A stretch of 64,000 nt of DNA, from the NCBI GenBank assembly GCA_000708835.1, contig DF237232.1, forward strand, positions 49,307 to 113,306. Reading direction: 5' to 3'. Shown one piece after another: positions 37,840 to 51,100 of the stretch. Position 1 is the stretch's first letter; each line of letters begins with the position of its first letter. Made by a program: the position numbers and the translations under genes. The DNA is from Klebsormidium nitens. Lineage: Eukaryota > Plantae > Klebsormidiophyceae. Under the pieces are notes generated by a model. It was not told where the DNA came from. It worked only from the letters and a program-made list of their open reading frames with translations, and made no database searches.

Positions 37840-38560
37840 GGCTACAGTAGTTAATATATCCTCATTCAAAGCATTCAATAAGTTGAGGGTTAGCGACTTG
37901 ATGCAGCTACATATTATGACTTTATTAGGCCTTATCAATTTGCAGATGTTGAGCAAATTATGATGATCCTACAACTCAACCGCGCGCACTATAGTAGGCG
38001 CATCATGCACTCCATGATGGCATGAGCTAGTGACCGGCGGCCCCGGCTAGCTATTTCTTAGCATGAGATCGTCCGGCCGCGGGCCGCCCAGCATGATACA
38101 TATCATTATGACCATGCATATGTGGCTAGCCTGGTATACCGTATATGTGCACCCGGCAGATTTGATCGAATTCCATGGATTATTTTCGAACTTAGCATGG
38201 GTCCGACTGCATATACGTCTCTTGTCAAACATGTAACACCGCGCGCGCTCGATCAGGGCGCACGCATTTCTTTGAACGGAAATAATCTAGCTTCACCAGG
38301 CAGCCCTCGTTTGTATAGGCCGGGGATTCGGAGTCGTCGATTGATACAACTATATATGGTTTTCAATCAACAATTTCACATGTGTGGAACCGGTAAGCAA
38401 GACGGGTTCAATAGGCATGGGCTTGGCACGCATCCGAAATCAAGCCTGTGGGTTTTGCCGGAATATTCCATTGATGATCATGTAAGATGTTCTGAAATCA
38501 TGAAGGGTGCATCCATGCTCGGCATATCATTATGCAGGCACTGACAATCATCATTGGCAA
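37840..38560. other. Palindrome-dense convergent spacer tract E
   Basis: Lies between the ASG1-like gene (+) and DUF789 (-). 20 palindromic 4-mers in 38041-38160. Boundaries are approximate. Confidence 0.7.
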
Positions 38561-38922
38561 AACATGCATTCAATGCAGCGAGAAACATTCCCATGTCCCA
38601 TGCAAAAGTGGAACTGCTTATGTGCACGATGTATGCACAAGCTCTGAGGCAGCACAACTTATGTGCTTTGCACTATACAGAGTCTTTTGTCCGCTGGTTA
38701 TATTGTCTGTGCCAGGATCAACTTTTCAGGATCAAAGCTACCTCACTCTTTAGCAAAACTGCCACCCATTATGAAATCTGGAGCACGAAAGTGCTTGCCA
38801 TACGGACCTATCTGAGAGAGCATAATTACATGGAAGTACCCATGCTCGAGCCCACAAACATCCCCTCGCAGAGGCTTGCAGCAGGCCTTGCTGCAAGTAC
38901 CTTCTTACGAACTCTGACAACG

Positions 38923-41900
38923 TCATCTCCTCGAATGTGGTAAAGTGTTTAGGGGCGTGCTCAGCTGCTTGAGGAAGAACTCGAAATCCGGATGATGTAT
39001 GTTGCGCTTGTCCAGCCAAGACCTGGCTGCTTCTCGCATCACCTCCTCGTTCATGCTGGTTGCCAACTTCCCGCCGCGCCCGCTGGACCTGGAACATACA
39101 CAAGTGATCTCAAATCAACAATTGTAAGACTTTCGAAGCCTAGACCTGCTAGTGCTTGCACACAGAGCAAGAACCCAAACAGAAACTTTCAGAAAAGTAA
39201 GGAAGAATGGACAAGCACCAAGTACAGCTCGGAAGTGTGAGGACGACTGATTGCGGCGCCGAGCTCACCAGACCGCTCCTTTCATTTTATAGGCCACCAT
39301 CCCAAACGGCAGCAGAACGTGTTGCTGTCCTCCGGAGCTGGATTGGGCCTGCAGCATCTCCTCCCTTTCCTCACGCGCATCTGCCGCTGCAGGTGTCAGG
39401 ACGGGAGGAGCAGGGGGCCACGCTTGGCAGCTTGCGATGCCCTGGCTGGCAGCTGCAATGAGAAACAGAACCATCTGAGCGACTGCAACGCTTTCAAAAG
39501 ACTCAGGACCAATGAGCGTGTTCCAAATATTTGGGGCAGTGCCGGACGCAGTCAGGGGCTGCATGGGTGACATCGCCAAGGTGTTCAACCAGAGGGCTGC
39601 CAGTACGAAAATCGCTGCTGCTTCATTTCAAATGCCAGCTGGCATGCGCAGGAAGCTTGCCAGGTATACACGAGCAGTCGCTTGGAGGCGTCCCCAGGCG
39701 CGGTGTTGCCAAAGAGTGATACGTCAAAAAGCACGCTCCAAGATCTCGGAGGGTCTTGCCCATAGGTATTCGGTAGATTGGGTACCTGGAAAGAAAAGGC
39801 AGTAATCCACATGAGAGCTCAGAACACGCGAGGAAAACAGAACCATCTGTATGACGTGCCAGCTTGACCAAGTTGTGGAAAGTAGAGACGTGAGTTGGTC
39901 CGCATACCAAGCGATCTTGACGGGCCTGCTTCTCACCATGCGATGGAGACCCAACTCGAAGGATGGAGGTCCTGGCTGCTCATGCTCATGAGACATGGGG
40001 ACTTCTTTGCCAGCTCCGCCACCTGGAAACAGAGCAAACAGTCATTAGCACGCTCTCTCATCTATTGGAAAAATGATGGCGAAAGAAAGAAAAGATGGTA
40101 TGCAAGATGCTTGACACACCTAAGAGAGCTGAAAATGAAGGGAAGACAACTCCAAAAACTCTGACTGCAACAGCCCCATTCCTCCGCCCTACTCCCCCTA
40201 TCCCCCGAATCCAGAAACAGGGGTGGAACTAGAAGCTCGAAGTATCACACAATTGAACGATCTAAACAGCCTAAGTTGTGCTGGACATACCTTGTCTGCA
40301 AGCGGCACCCTAAGGAATGGGGGCGCATTCTCAGCGTACTCAAACAATCTGTTCCCCTGTTGTCTGTCAGGGCACACGTTCTGGCTTCCCCAGGGCCCTC
40401 GACTGGAATGGTGCCTCGGGCTCTCTTCTTCCAGGTACATGGACCCTGCTGATCCTGAACACACGGACAGCGCATCATGGCTGCTCCTCGTGCTGCCTGC
40501 TCCCCCCCCTATGGCCCCTCGGAAGCTTTCCCTATCCAGCTCTAAGAGGACTGCTGCTGATTCCGACTGATCACTGTCACTGTCTGCCCCATCGCTGCTG
40601 GCCTCACGTATATCGCTGTCGCTCCCGTCTGGAGTCCTGCAGAATAACGGCGGCTGATCATTGCACTAACAATTGCAAGAACTCTGCAGAGAGATAACGC
40701 AATCACACGCAATCAGTAGATACAAGGCCCTAAACAGATTCACTTTCTTGGAAACAATCTCTTCGCTCAAGGTCTCTTTGAGCGTCCTCTTGCTACTGCC
40801 TGATTGTTATACTTAGCAAGCAGGAAAGAGCAGCAACCTGGACGAAGGATGACTTACTGCACATTCAACTCTTTTCGTCGATCCGGATATCTCCAGAGCT
40901 CTATTGCCGATAAATATGGTACATAGTACTGAACGACGTCCTCATCCCCGTTTATTACAATTGGTACGCCCGCACCGTACGCGCTGGCTTCTTCCAATGA
41001 TGCCCACAGATCGCTCAGCAGGAATGGGGGTGGGGCAGCCTGGCTGGCGCCCCAATGTTGTAGGGGTATCCGGTAGGCGCCATCCTCTAAGCATGACTGC
41101 ACAAGCACTTGAAGAAGGTCACATGAACAGCAGAGAACTAGCAAACCTGCTGCAAACCATGATCCGGAACCAGCTGCTGCACGAGCACGTAGTCCACTGT
41201 TACATTTGACATCCATTATTTTCTGCGAGATCCAAATGTGCATCAACTTCTTTGAATGAAGCACATATCAGCAGCAAAAAGACTCCACTCTTTAGATAAG
41301 CTACCAGAAGGGGAAGCTAAAAACGGACACAATCCAAAAATGTTCTGTGCAACCCAGATGCCAAAATAGAACTAGCTAGACAGTGATGCTCGCGCAGATT
41401 TGCATCTGCAACACCCAAAATTTGCCACTCGATGTACAGCTACAGTCATTTAAGATGAAGTTATGCCAGATCGCAATCGTCTAGCAATAAAAAATGGAAA
41501 AACAACTCTTGACTTACAAGCAGGTATGGGGCCTACATGCAATCAGCGTCATTACTATATCCCAACAGCTATACCTCGGGCTCTTTTCGCAATAGACGCT
41601 TTGCACTACATGCTAACAGTGGGTCACGACTCTTTCTACCCAAGCAAACTCGTTCAGGGTCGAGGGCAGAGTAGTATGCTTTTCATGTCCTTCAACCAAC
41701 CAGCCACTTGGCCAGCAAGGCCACCTTTTCACTCGCTTCTTCACTTCTGCCTCCAGCTGGCGTAGTGAGATCACTATGTGCAGAAAAGAGCCAAACATAT
41801 AACATATGTGCAATGCCACACAGAAGAAACACAAAACAATTCTACATTAAAAAGAAGTCAGAGCTCAAACTTCTTCCTCCTCAAATAACACATTTCCCCT

Positions 41901-42751
41901 TCGTCTTACAAAGTGCCTTCTTTAGGGTCCTTAAGCACTCTACACCAAGTATGATTGGTCAGATAAGCTCCAGTCGAGATTAATAATATCTGCATGTGCG
42001 AACACTGTTGAGGGCAGACCATGTCCTGCAGCATCATCTTCCAAAAAGCAGGCCTCCAGAATACAAGGACATTCCACATTGTAGACAATTTTTCCAGATA
42101 CTCAAAATAGTGTGGATCAAATACGTACCATATGAAGCATGCACGGTCACCATTCCAATGCAAGTGCAAAATGTGACTTCCTGCAAACATCTTTCAACTC
42201 ACACCCATAGACAAGGCAACCTGATACCTCAAAAGAGAGCCCTCAGGCAAACCTTATACCCCATGCACAGCTGTAGTTAACAGAGGGCCTACCTTGAAGG
42301 TTTGGTGTATAGGTACATACGGGGCTGTCGCTACTCCAAAAGAATCAATGTTGGCCAAGCCGCTGCTTGGTGCTTCAGCACCAGAGGTTGCACGATAGCT
42401 GCTATCTGGTCTGTAAATGCTGTCATCAGAGTGCTGCGTTGCATCGAGTGTCCTTCCCTTGTCACAGGCCCCAAATCCATAGCTGAACGTCTGTAAACCA
42501 TGAAGAGGACTGCTCTCTTCGTAGGGAGCAGCGACTTGGCCAAGTCTTCGCTTGCCTTGGCTCTTGTACCTGTCCATCCTTGGGGCCTGCGAGACAGCAC
42601 CGTTACTACAGCTTTCCAAGGGGGACTGACTGCTGTTGTAGCTTCTAGTTTTGACTGCATCTACTGGCCTCCCTGTAGAACCAACAGAACCCGGGAAGTC
42701 CAAACATAAATTGTTCTGATGTGCTGGACCTGTCTCAAGAGGACCTACCAT
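38923..42751 (-). CDS. DUF789 family plant protein
   Basis: Exons include 42293-42751, 40858-41096, 40291-40636, 39937-40022, a segment starting near 39785, one ending near 39268, and about 38923-39088. Motifs [32 protein letters not shown]......[65 protein letters not shown]...YKM.G..W and WL....I.HPDFEFF. The start and one internal junction are uncertain. Confidence 0.88.
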
Positions 42752-44196
42752 GACCCTCCCCTCTTATGCTCCCCCTGCCTTTGAATACCTCGCTCTTCCT
42801 GGAGTAGCTTGGAGCGCTCAATTGCTCTGACAAAAGCACTATAACTGGAGCTTTTGAGACCTACAGCGGCAGCTTCGGCTCCAGACCTGCTTAGTCCTGC
42901 CCTGAGCAGAGAACCCTTTGCAGCGACCAAAAGCTCTACTAGGATGTCAATCTGCGCTTGCCCAAGCCCATAGTAGACAGTAGTAGAAGCCCTTCTTCAC
43001 AGGAAAACGGTCCCTACCAAATCGCAAGTTGGCAAAGAAGCCAGAACTCGGGAGCACTGAGCTCAGGAGGACCTTAGCGCGCTCTCTGTTCTGATTCAAT
43101 CACCTACAGGCTACAGGCTACAAATGAAGCCGCTGAGTGCCCCAGGGCCAAGGCTGAACTTGAAGTTGAAGCCTGTGAAGGCTGTTCAAAGAAGTCTGTA
43201 GACTCGTGTAGAGAGACCCTTGCTTTGGTGAGAAGTCACAGCTCTAGCAGAGAATCTCAGCGCTGGTACCTACCGTAGCTGACTACCGTACGGTATCCGC
43301 CTCAACCCCCCCACGCGCCGGGAATGGTCTAAAACGAAGTGTCAATGGAATCTTCGACAGCTACCTTGGGGGCCCATTCCCATTTCGCATACGGTATGAG
43401 TCGAATGTAATACCTACTGAATGCACTGACAATGCTACAGCTACATGCTTATTAAGTGGAGACCAGATTGGCCCTACGCCCGGTAACAACCGGTGTGAAC
43501 GATCAGCGGTACCAGAAACGTGATACCGAAGACCTCAGGCTCTCCGCGAGAAGCTTGACTGTTTTCAAATGAACGTGAGTCGTCGAGAGTCGCGAAGTTT
43601 CCCCTGAGCTGAAAGAATTTACAGGACTGCTTCTAACAACCGTCCATGGAGGATTGTGAGGGCCATTTTGACGGACGGATCTTAGCCTCCGAAGAGAGTG
43701 TGTAACTTTACCTTCAAACTTGAAGTTGAATCATGCAATCGTCCACGTTCGTGCAGGCCGGCCAGGACAGCTAATTCTGATCGAGCTCAGCTGATTCTGA
43801 GTCATGATCGAACTTGGAAGTTGAGAGTTCAGAAAGTGGAGCAGAAGGGGCTCAAGACAGCCCCAGACCGGCTTGCATGCACTCCCCCTGCACTCTCTGG
43901 GGAGTGGTGGCCCCTTCAGACGTAGGAAGGAACGGTGGAAGCTCCTAAAGAAGTCGGGTCGACACAAGGGGCCGAAATTATCTTCAAAGCCTGCGCTTCA
44001 TGATGGATAAGAGACGTGAAGCTTAGACGCTAAAGCTGGTTCCTGCCGCGGTCAGTGATTCGGGCCTGGTACAATGGGGGTGGTGTGTCTCAAGTGAGAT
44101 GCACTGGCCCGCAGTATTCCGCCTCATGTGACATTCGTAGAAGGTTCGTAGAGCTGTGATTGTTGAAAGCTGAGTGGCAGGGTAAGTTTCCGGAAA

Positions 44197-46520
44197 ATGG
44201 CACGGGGTAGGCGTGCTCCGTCAAGAAACAGCAACACAATGCTGTCCATCATGGTGGTACAGGTGAGGAACTAGACATGTGTTGCTCCTGACAAACGTGT
44301 GGATGTTTCTTCTTCTTCTGTGAGGAAAACGAGTTTTCAACGGAGACGAGACCACTGTAAACCAGGCTCCGGGCATCATGTATGTGTTGGCATTCGCTTC
44401 ATTGTGCCAGCAAATGGGTCCAGACTTAATATGAAAGAGTTTTTGGAGTGGAGACCATTGTTCCGTCAAGGTTGTAATAAAAACTGGTTGCAGGGCCCTC
44501 TTCACCCCGCACTTGGCTGTGTTGGTTGCAGGCCTTGACCCAGTTCATGAAACTTGAGCAGAAGCCTCCGGTCACGGTAGCACTGATCCTCATCAACGCG
44601 CTCATCTTCTTTCGGCCCGGAGATCTTGTGGAGATTGTGCCGTCTGTTGCCGAGATTTGCCTAAATCCATACTTGGTGCTTAAGGTGGGTTGTGATGTCC
44701 AAATGAGCATATGTATCTACGTTGGTGATCTTCTTCATCCTTATCTAGATGCTTCAGCTCAAGGACTTCATCAAAAGCATTATGGCCCCCACCAGAGAAG
44801 CTACGCCTTGGGCAATTTCTCCTTGTGAAGGTCTGACTTCGCTTGCAAGTTTGTTTCGGATTGTTGCTTCAGTCTTTCGGCCCTTTCTTTAAGCCTTCCA
44901 CACTTAGAGGGCTTCTTGTCCACTTAGTTGACTGGGCAGGAAGAGATTCCCACTCTGTACTTGTCTGTTGGTTCAAGGTTCTGAAGGTAGTGGTGTAGAG
45001 GCCTGAAGGTTCAAGGTTCTGAAGGTAGTGGTGTTGAGGCCTGAAGGGATCTTTGATTGTCCATCTGCACAGGATGGAAATCTTAGAAAAGGGATTTAGT
45101 TTTGACAAGCTCCTCAAGACGTTTCAGGGATCCCTAGAGCAAGTCCCACATTCCACAGGTACTTTCCAGCAGCATAAGTGGCTGACACGAGCGTCATCTG
45201 CCCTTTGCCACAGAATCGTGACTGGAAGCGGCTCCTGTTATCCGCCTTCATGCACGCTGACGAAGCCCATCTTACATACAACATGGTCTCTTTCCTTTGG
45301 AAAGGGGTACAACTGGAGGGTGCGCTTGGCAGCGCCCAATTTGCCAAGCTGATAGCCCTGCTTACACTCCTCTCGCAAGGATGCACCCTGCTGGTTGCCA
45401 AACTCATAGCGGACCAGCTGGGAATCAGGGTAGGCTCGCCCGCTTGCTTCTTATCGCTCCCTGTGAGATTTTGACTGTTAATCTTTGAAAAGGAGGATTC
45501 AATCCAAGCTGGTCTTCAGAGGTGCCCTGGCAGGTTTTTGCCCGCTTGGATGAGAGCTTTTCTTTGCATGCCTTGTGCTGCCATATTCAATACGAAAGGC
45601 AGGCAATTTCTTCTTGGATTGAGAAGATGAATCGGAACTCATGGGTCCTACTGAAGACCATTTTGGACTGCCATGTGACGGGGGTGGTCTCTTGAACGTA
45701 TGGTTGGAGCTGTTCATCAAAGAGCGTCTGAAAGGGGCACCTCTTTCTTCGTTCACTATTGGCTGAACTGCCTGTGCTCATGCACACGCAGGAACCGTTC
45801 TACCACCAGTGTGCTGTCGGGTTCTCGGGGGTCATCTTTGCTCTCAAGGTGGTCCTCACGTGGCACTCCCCCACCTCCAGCACCATCGCCGGCTTCATCA
45901 TCCCCACCCGCTATGCTGCATGGGCGGAACTCGTGGCCATCCAGTACGCGACTCCACAAGCTTCCTTTGTGGGACATCTTGGCGGAATCTTGGCTGGATT
46001 GATACTGGTCTATTTTCCGAGGATCTTGCCACGTGGCCTGCCCTTTGTGGTGGGGCTGAGAGCACTGGCCCCCACCACCGTGGCGTCAGTGCAGTCAGGA
46101 CGAGTCGAGGAGCAGCAGGCGCCGCAAAGGAGGACGCGATGGTTTTCCAGCTGGGGTACCGCAGGTTCAACGGAAGCGCATGTGCGGGATCGAGGGAACG
46201 CAGGCCTGGGGCAAACAGGCAGCCAAGAAGGTTCGGGATTGGGAGCAGGGTTACGAAGTTTCTTCACAGATTGGATCAACCCTCGGAGTACACAGGTTGA
46301 ATGGTCTTGCCCAGCTTGCACCTTCAGGAATCGAGGAGAAGCCGACTTTTGTGAGATGTGTGGGGAAGCCGGAGGCACCACCTCTGGCATGCATCAACGA
46401 ACCCCGAGTGCAGTGCAGCAGAGTGATGCAAGTGACGGTTATGAAAGGGTGTCTCCTGCTGAGAGTATACGAAGGCGCCGTTCGGAAAGGTTTGGTGAAA
46501 CTTCAACGGCTCGGAGATAA
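44197..46520 (+). CDS. RBL14: Rhomboid-like intramembrane protease with a C-terminal RanBP2-type zinc finger (RBL14/RHBDD1-like), about 387 aa
   Basis: Exons 44197-44262, 44532-44684, 45214-45429, 45792-46520. KPPVT..LI..N, WKRLLLSAFMHADEAHL.YNM.SFLWKG..LE, catalytic GFSG (Ser) and SF.GHLGGI (His), zinc finger WSCPACTFRN......CEMCG, terminal RRRRSERF. Confidence 0.92.
44970..45047. repeat. 38-bp tandem duplication (2 copies, 1 mismatch) in RBL14 intron 2
   Basis: GGTTCAAGGTTCTGAAGGTAGTGGTGT[A/T]GAGGCCTGAA at 44970-45007 and 45008-45045. Confidence 0.9.
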
Positions 46521-46719
46521 TCTTGCACTGAATCACTCTTAAGTTAAGTTTCAGTGAATATAGTGACATCTGGATGTTTCGATGTTGTTGAGGGCTGTAC
46601 TGGCCTGAACGATTGTTCTTTCTCTGTGAGATGATCACTGCACGTCCTTGCGTGATGTTTGTTGCGTAATTTCCGGGTCTCTGCATGAGGGGCCTGTGAT
46701 GTGCAATTTCAATTGGTTG

Positions 46720-47720
46720 GACACTCTGTGCATGTTGTATGAGCTAGCCCCGGGGCGCCCGGAAGCCTTCAGATTCTCTATGATTTATTTGTTGTCATAT
46801 GAGCTAGATGTCTCATACTAGATCGAGGTTGACATGTATTTGTTTAGGAATGATATTTGCCTCAACATCGATCAGTTTCTCATGCTCAGAGGCTCTGTCG
46901 CTTCAAAGCCGGTGCATGTATCATAAGGAACGTTTATGCAGCTTTCAATCGAATGCTGCGCAATCAATCGCGTGCCGGGTGGCATCTTTCTAGGTGCATC
47001 ATTGGCATGGTCCATATACATATTAAATCAGCTCCGGCCGAAGGAATGACATGGTTATGCAGTCTACTTAGTATAGTACGCGTTGCACTATAACTTCTCA
47101 TTCTTGCATGATCGAATCTTTGAAATGAAATTATATTTCAATCATGCCCATGGCTATGCACGAAGTTGTGCTAGTTGAGTGTATATGGAGCTTCGATGGT
47201 CTCTTTTCGTAACGCCGTAGCCAGTGCGGCCATAGGCTTCTCATGGCATACAATTGTTGTGTTTGAAGATGTCTGCTTCTCTATCAACTTACGACTAATG
47301 TGAGCCTAACGACACAATTACAAACACGAGGCTGACGATCTGCCAATCCCAGCGCTGTCCGGGCCTTGTCTTCAACATAACCGAGGGCGTTAGTAGCTAA
47401 ACGACGGATTTGTACAAAGGCAACATGACTGACATGCGTGAATTCGGCAAGGCAGAACCCGGGCCGGATTGCGCCGGCCACATGCGTGCTAGTAGGCCTG
47501 CGAATGCAGGGCAATTACTCGAGCAAGTGTACCTAACCGCATATATAGCTTGCCTAACTTGTTCGCACCGGCCAGGCACGTTCCGATGCTGCCATTCAAA
47601 TGTGATGTGCCTAATAATCAAATTGTGCCATGTATTGATCAAGTTGTTGTTCAAAACATATACTAGCTTCGATCATTATGAAATCCACAGTCAGGCTCAT
47701 CGGATCATGATGCAACTTGA
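46720..47720. other. Palindrome-dense convergent spacer tract F
   Basis: Lies between RBL14 (+) and the ANTH gene (-). 17 palindromic 4-mers in 46981-47100. Boundaries are approximate. Confidence 0.68.
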
Positions 47721-48182
47721 GCCACGCAGGCTCTCGATCAACACACAATCGCAAAGAAAAGCTCTTGAGGTGAACGATTGTGGGTGATAGGCAAGGGGCA
47801 CATCCCAACTCGGTCTATACGAGATCAGGGGATCATTGGGCGCGGAGTTGTCAGCCCCCCGAAAACATCGCACAAAACATGTTGGTGCTAGCAAAGATGA
47901 TAACAATCCATCTTTAGCAGGGTAGGAGTTCCTTATCGTGGCTACCTTTAGTTGAAGACAATGTATGCTCGAGTCTCAAGTCAACTCTTTCAATAGGAAT
48001 GTGATAGTGCTCAGTCCAAACCCTTCTGCAATGCCAGCTTAGAATCCTCCAAGCTCCACTAGATATCCCTCCCCAAGATCTAGTCGGTATACTAGACTTG
48101 CATAGCCAAACATTTCGGGGCATTTCGAACTCCTGACGAGCACACTAAAACCAAGTTCACAGTACCTCCGAACCTGCATCGT

Positions 48183-51100
48183 CTAAAAGGCAGGATTGCC
48201 AAAAGGGTTGCTGTTGTACGCTTGTGCAGGTGGTTGTGCCTGGTAAGGATTGCCGAACGGATTGGCAGCAATCTGCGGCTGGGCGTACCCAGCCTGCGGC
48301 TGTGCCCCATAGCCATAACCTTGCTGCGAAACTTGCTGCTGCTGATACAGGACCGCCTGCTGCTGTCGCATCTGCAACCAGAAGCAGCGGGTTTGATGCA
48401 ACCTCAAAGAGTGGGGCGTCACAGATAAGTGATCAGAGACAGACTCTCCTTCACTAGGAATTCAAGCATCGGAAAGCCACAGCCGTCAAACAGGAACTGC
48501 GGAAAAACGCTTGAGTGCTTGAGCCAGGCAAGTCTTACCTGTGCCATTTGAACGGATGGAGGTGGCGCAAACTTCGAGGAGGCTGCAAACGGATCCGACT
48601 GTGCAGCAACTGGAGCGAAAGGGTTGCTGGAGACGGGGCCGTTGTAACTCCCTGCGCTGTTGTAGCTCCCAGGGGGTGTTGTGTAAGGAGACCGCCTCGT
48701 CAGTGCGTCCTCATAGAGGCTATCCAGGGTCAGCTTATCGAAGTTGCCAACCTGTGTTGCAGCCGAGACAAAGCAAGACGAAAATCAGAGGGGCAAAAGT
48801 ACGGTTGAGCAGGGTCGACCTTATCGCAAACAGGAGGATGTTACTGCGACAGACGCAGTCCGTTCTTTTGATACAGCTTGCGATACGGAATCCTTTGGTT
48901 TCGCATGTGACTGTACGAATCCAGAGATTTTTCTTCCATCGGTTCGAAAGCGTCTGGGGCCTAAGGATTGCTTTCTTGCGGCTCTGAAACTTTTTTCCTA
49001 CGCCACATTCCGTCCTCGTTTCCCCAAAAACGCCTTAACGATTGTAGATGGTCTTCTACAGCCTGCAGTGCAGGGCTTCCCCGAAGAATAAGGAGCACAT
49101 TGAGGACGTAACAACGCTGGAGAAAGGATCTAGTTCATCAACGCGAAACGGACCTGCCACCACGGCCTCACCTTTTGAGAATTCGAGTCCTGAGTGGGAA
49201 CAATTGCAAGCTCCCAACCGCTAGCGCCGGCTGAATCAAAACCGTTGCTTGCTGGGGCCACCCCTCCATTGCTTGTGGGACCTGGGAAACAGTTCAACGC
49301 GTCTAGTGAGAACAGGTTAAAAAGACCGCTCTCGACTTGCACCAGAGACACGGGGTATCAGAAACAGACAAGCAAGCTTGCTACACAGAGTTTCCATCTC
49401 CTCCAACTGACAACCAACAAGGGCAATCGCCAGATCCTGACTGGTGTACTACACTGACGGAGGACTCCCCCAGGGGCAGAAAACGGCTCACCACTCGGCA
49501 CAATTGCCAGAGCAAGTGCGTTGGACTCATCCAGGGCGTTGCCATGCTCCGGGCTTGCTGTGGCCGTAATTCCCTGCACAGATCAATTAACGCAGATCAT
49601 TGAAGAAGGGGTATCTAAGAGAAACCGCTCATTGCTCCTTCCCAGAACAACGTTGTAAAGGTCGCCTCTAAACAACGAATTCCTTCCGGATCGAGGAGAG
49701 TGAGCAAAGAATGCTAGGGATGCTTTATGCAAGCAAGCTCGGTTGCAGCAGACCTACCAAGAAGTCTGGCTGCTCTTCAACTGGCAGTGGTGCAGGAGGT
49801 CCACCGCGCTGCCCCGGCTTGGGGACCGGCTCTCGGAACGCCTCCTGCTCCTGCTTCCCGGCTGCCCCTCTCGAAACCCCACCATATGACCGAGGACCCT
49901 CCTCGTAGCCATCCTGATGACAATCACGATCACACCAGTACGCTCCATGGACGCTGACAAGACTGAGCAGTCATACTAATGAGGTGACTTCGGAGACCGA
50001 GAGAACACTGAGGTTCACTGCGACGAAAGGCAAGAGCAACAGGCTACAGCCAAGATCCAGCACAGCAAGTTTCTCTGAATATAAAGGCACTTACCGAGAC
50101 TTCCCGAGGCATTTGCTCAGCACGGGGAGCATCCCGAACGTACTCTTCCATCGTAGACAGGAAAGAGGTGGGCGGCTGCAGAACACACAACTCTTACTGT
50201 AATACAGATCTGTGAAATTCAGTTGATGATGTACGCCAGAAAGATGCCCCCACGAAACAAACAGTAGCACCACAAAATATAAATACAAAATGCAGGTCTT
50301 GAAGATGGGTCAAGAAATCCTGATTCCTCCTTTGCTGACATTGAGTGTTCTTAGATGTACCTGTTCTACCCAGATCCTCAGCCTCTCAATCCAACTGAAC
50401 TGCCTAAAGATGGATTCCCAAGCAACGATCTCACGGGCCACCTTTTCCAAATGAAAGTTCAGAACCAGCCAAGCACCTCAATTGCACGTACCTGCTCGAG
50501 AGTGGGGAATTGGAAGCTCCGTCCAAGGGCGAGGGTTTTGCACGACTCATAGAACTCCGCCAGTCTTTCTGCCTGCTTTCCAGCCAGCTTGTAAACCTCT
50601 AGAGCCTTGATTGCATCATGCCGTTGCATGTCGAAGAACTGCAACGCGAGAAGAATAGTCAAAGAAAAGTGGATCACCAGTCCAGACCCTTAACTCAGAC
50701 AAACCTGATCAAGCATGAGGCCACATACAGCTACTCACCATTCAGACTTCTAGCTCACCATCACAAGCTCTTGCCCTAAGGAGCTGAAACTCACCTTGTC
50801 CACCAGATTGATGATGCCATCATTGATTGCTCTGTAGAGCTTGAAACTCTCTTTCAAAACCTGCAGTAAGAGAAAGATCAGTAAATGGACGAATATCGGA
50901 GAAAGTTTGACTAAGTTTCACCAACTGGCTTTCCGTTTGCGACAACATTCAAAGAGAGCATAGCCCTGGGAGCCTCTTGAGGTTACTGAGCCACTGGGCC
51001 ATTGGGCCACTTCACTCACCAATCCAAGAGCAGCCTCGATTACGAAGTTTGAAGTTGCAGCCCCTTCAGGCTGACAGTTGAGCAGCCTGTAGAGGGTCTG

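Noticed and set aside
42745-42930. Upstream ORF as an extra first exon of DUF789
   Set aside because: It starts at a non-ATG codon, stops just before the presumed ATG and has no convincing splice link. Left as 5'UTR.
530-47325. TGTAA-type polyadenylation signals near tract edges
   Set aside because: A few occurrences were seen, but a 5-mer is too frequent to support without poly(A)-site data.
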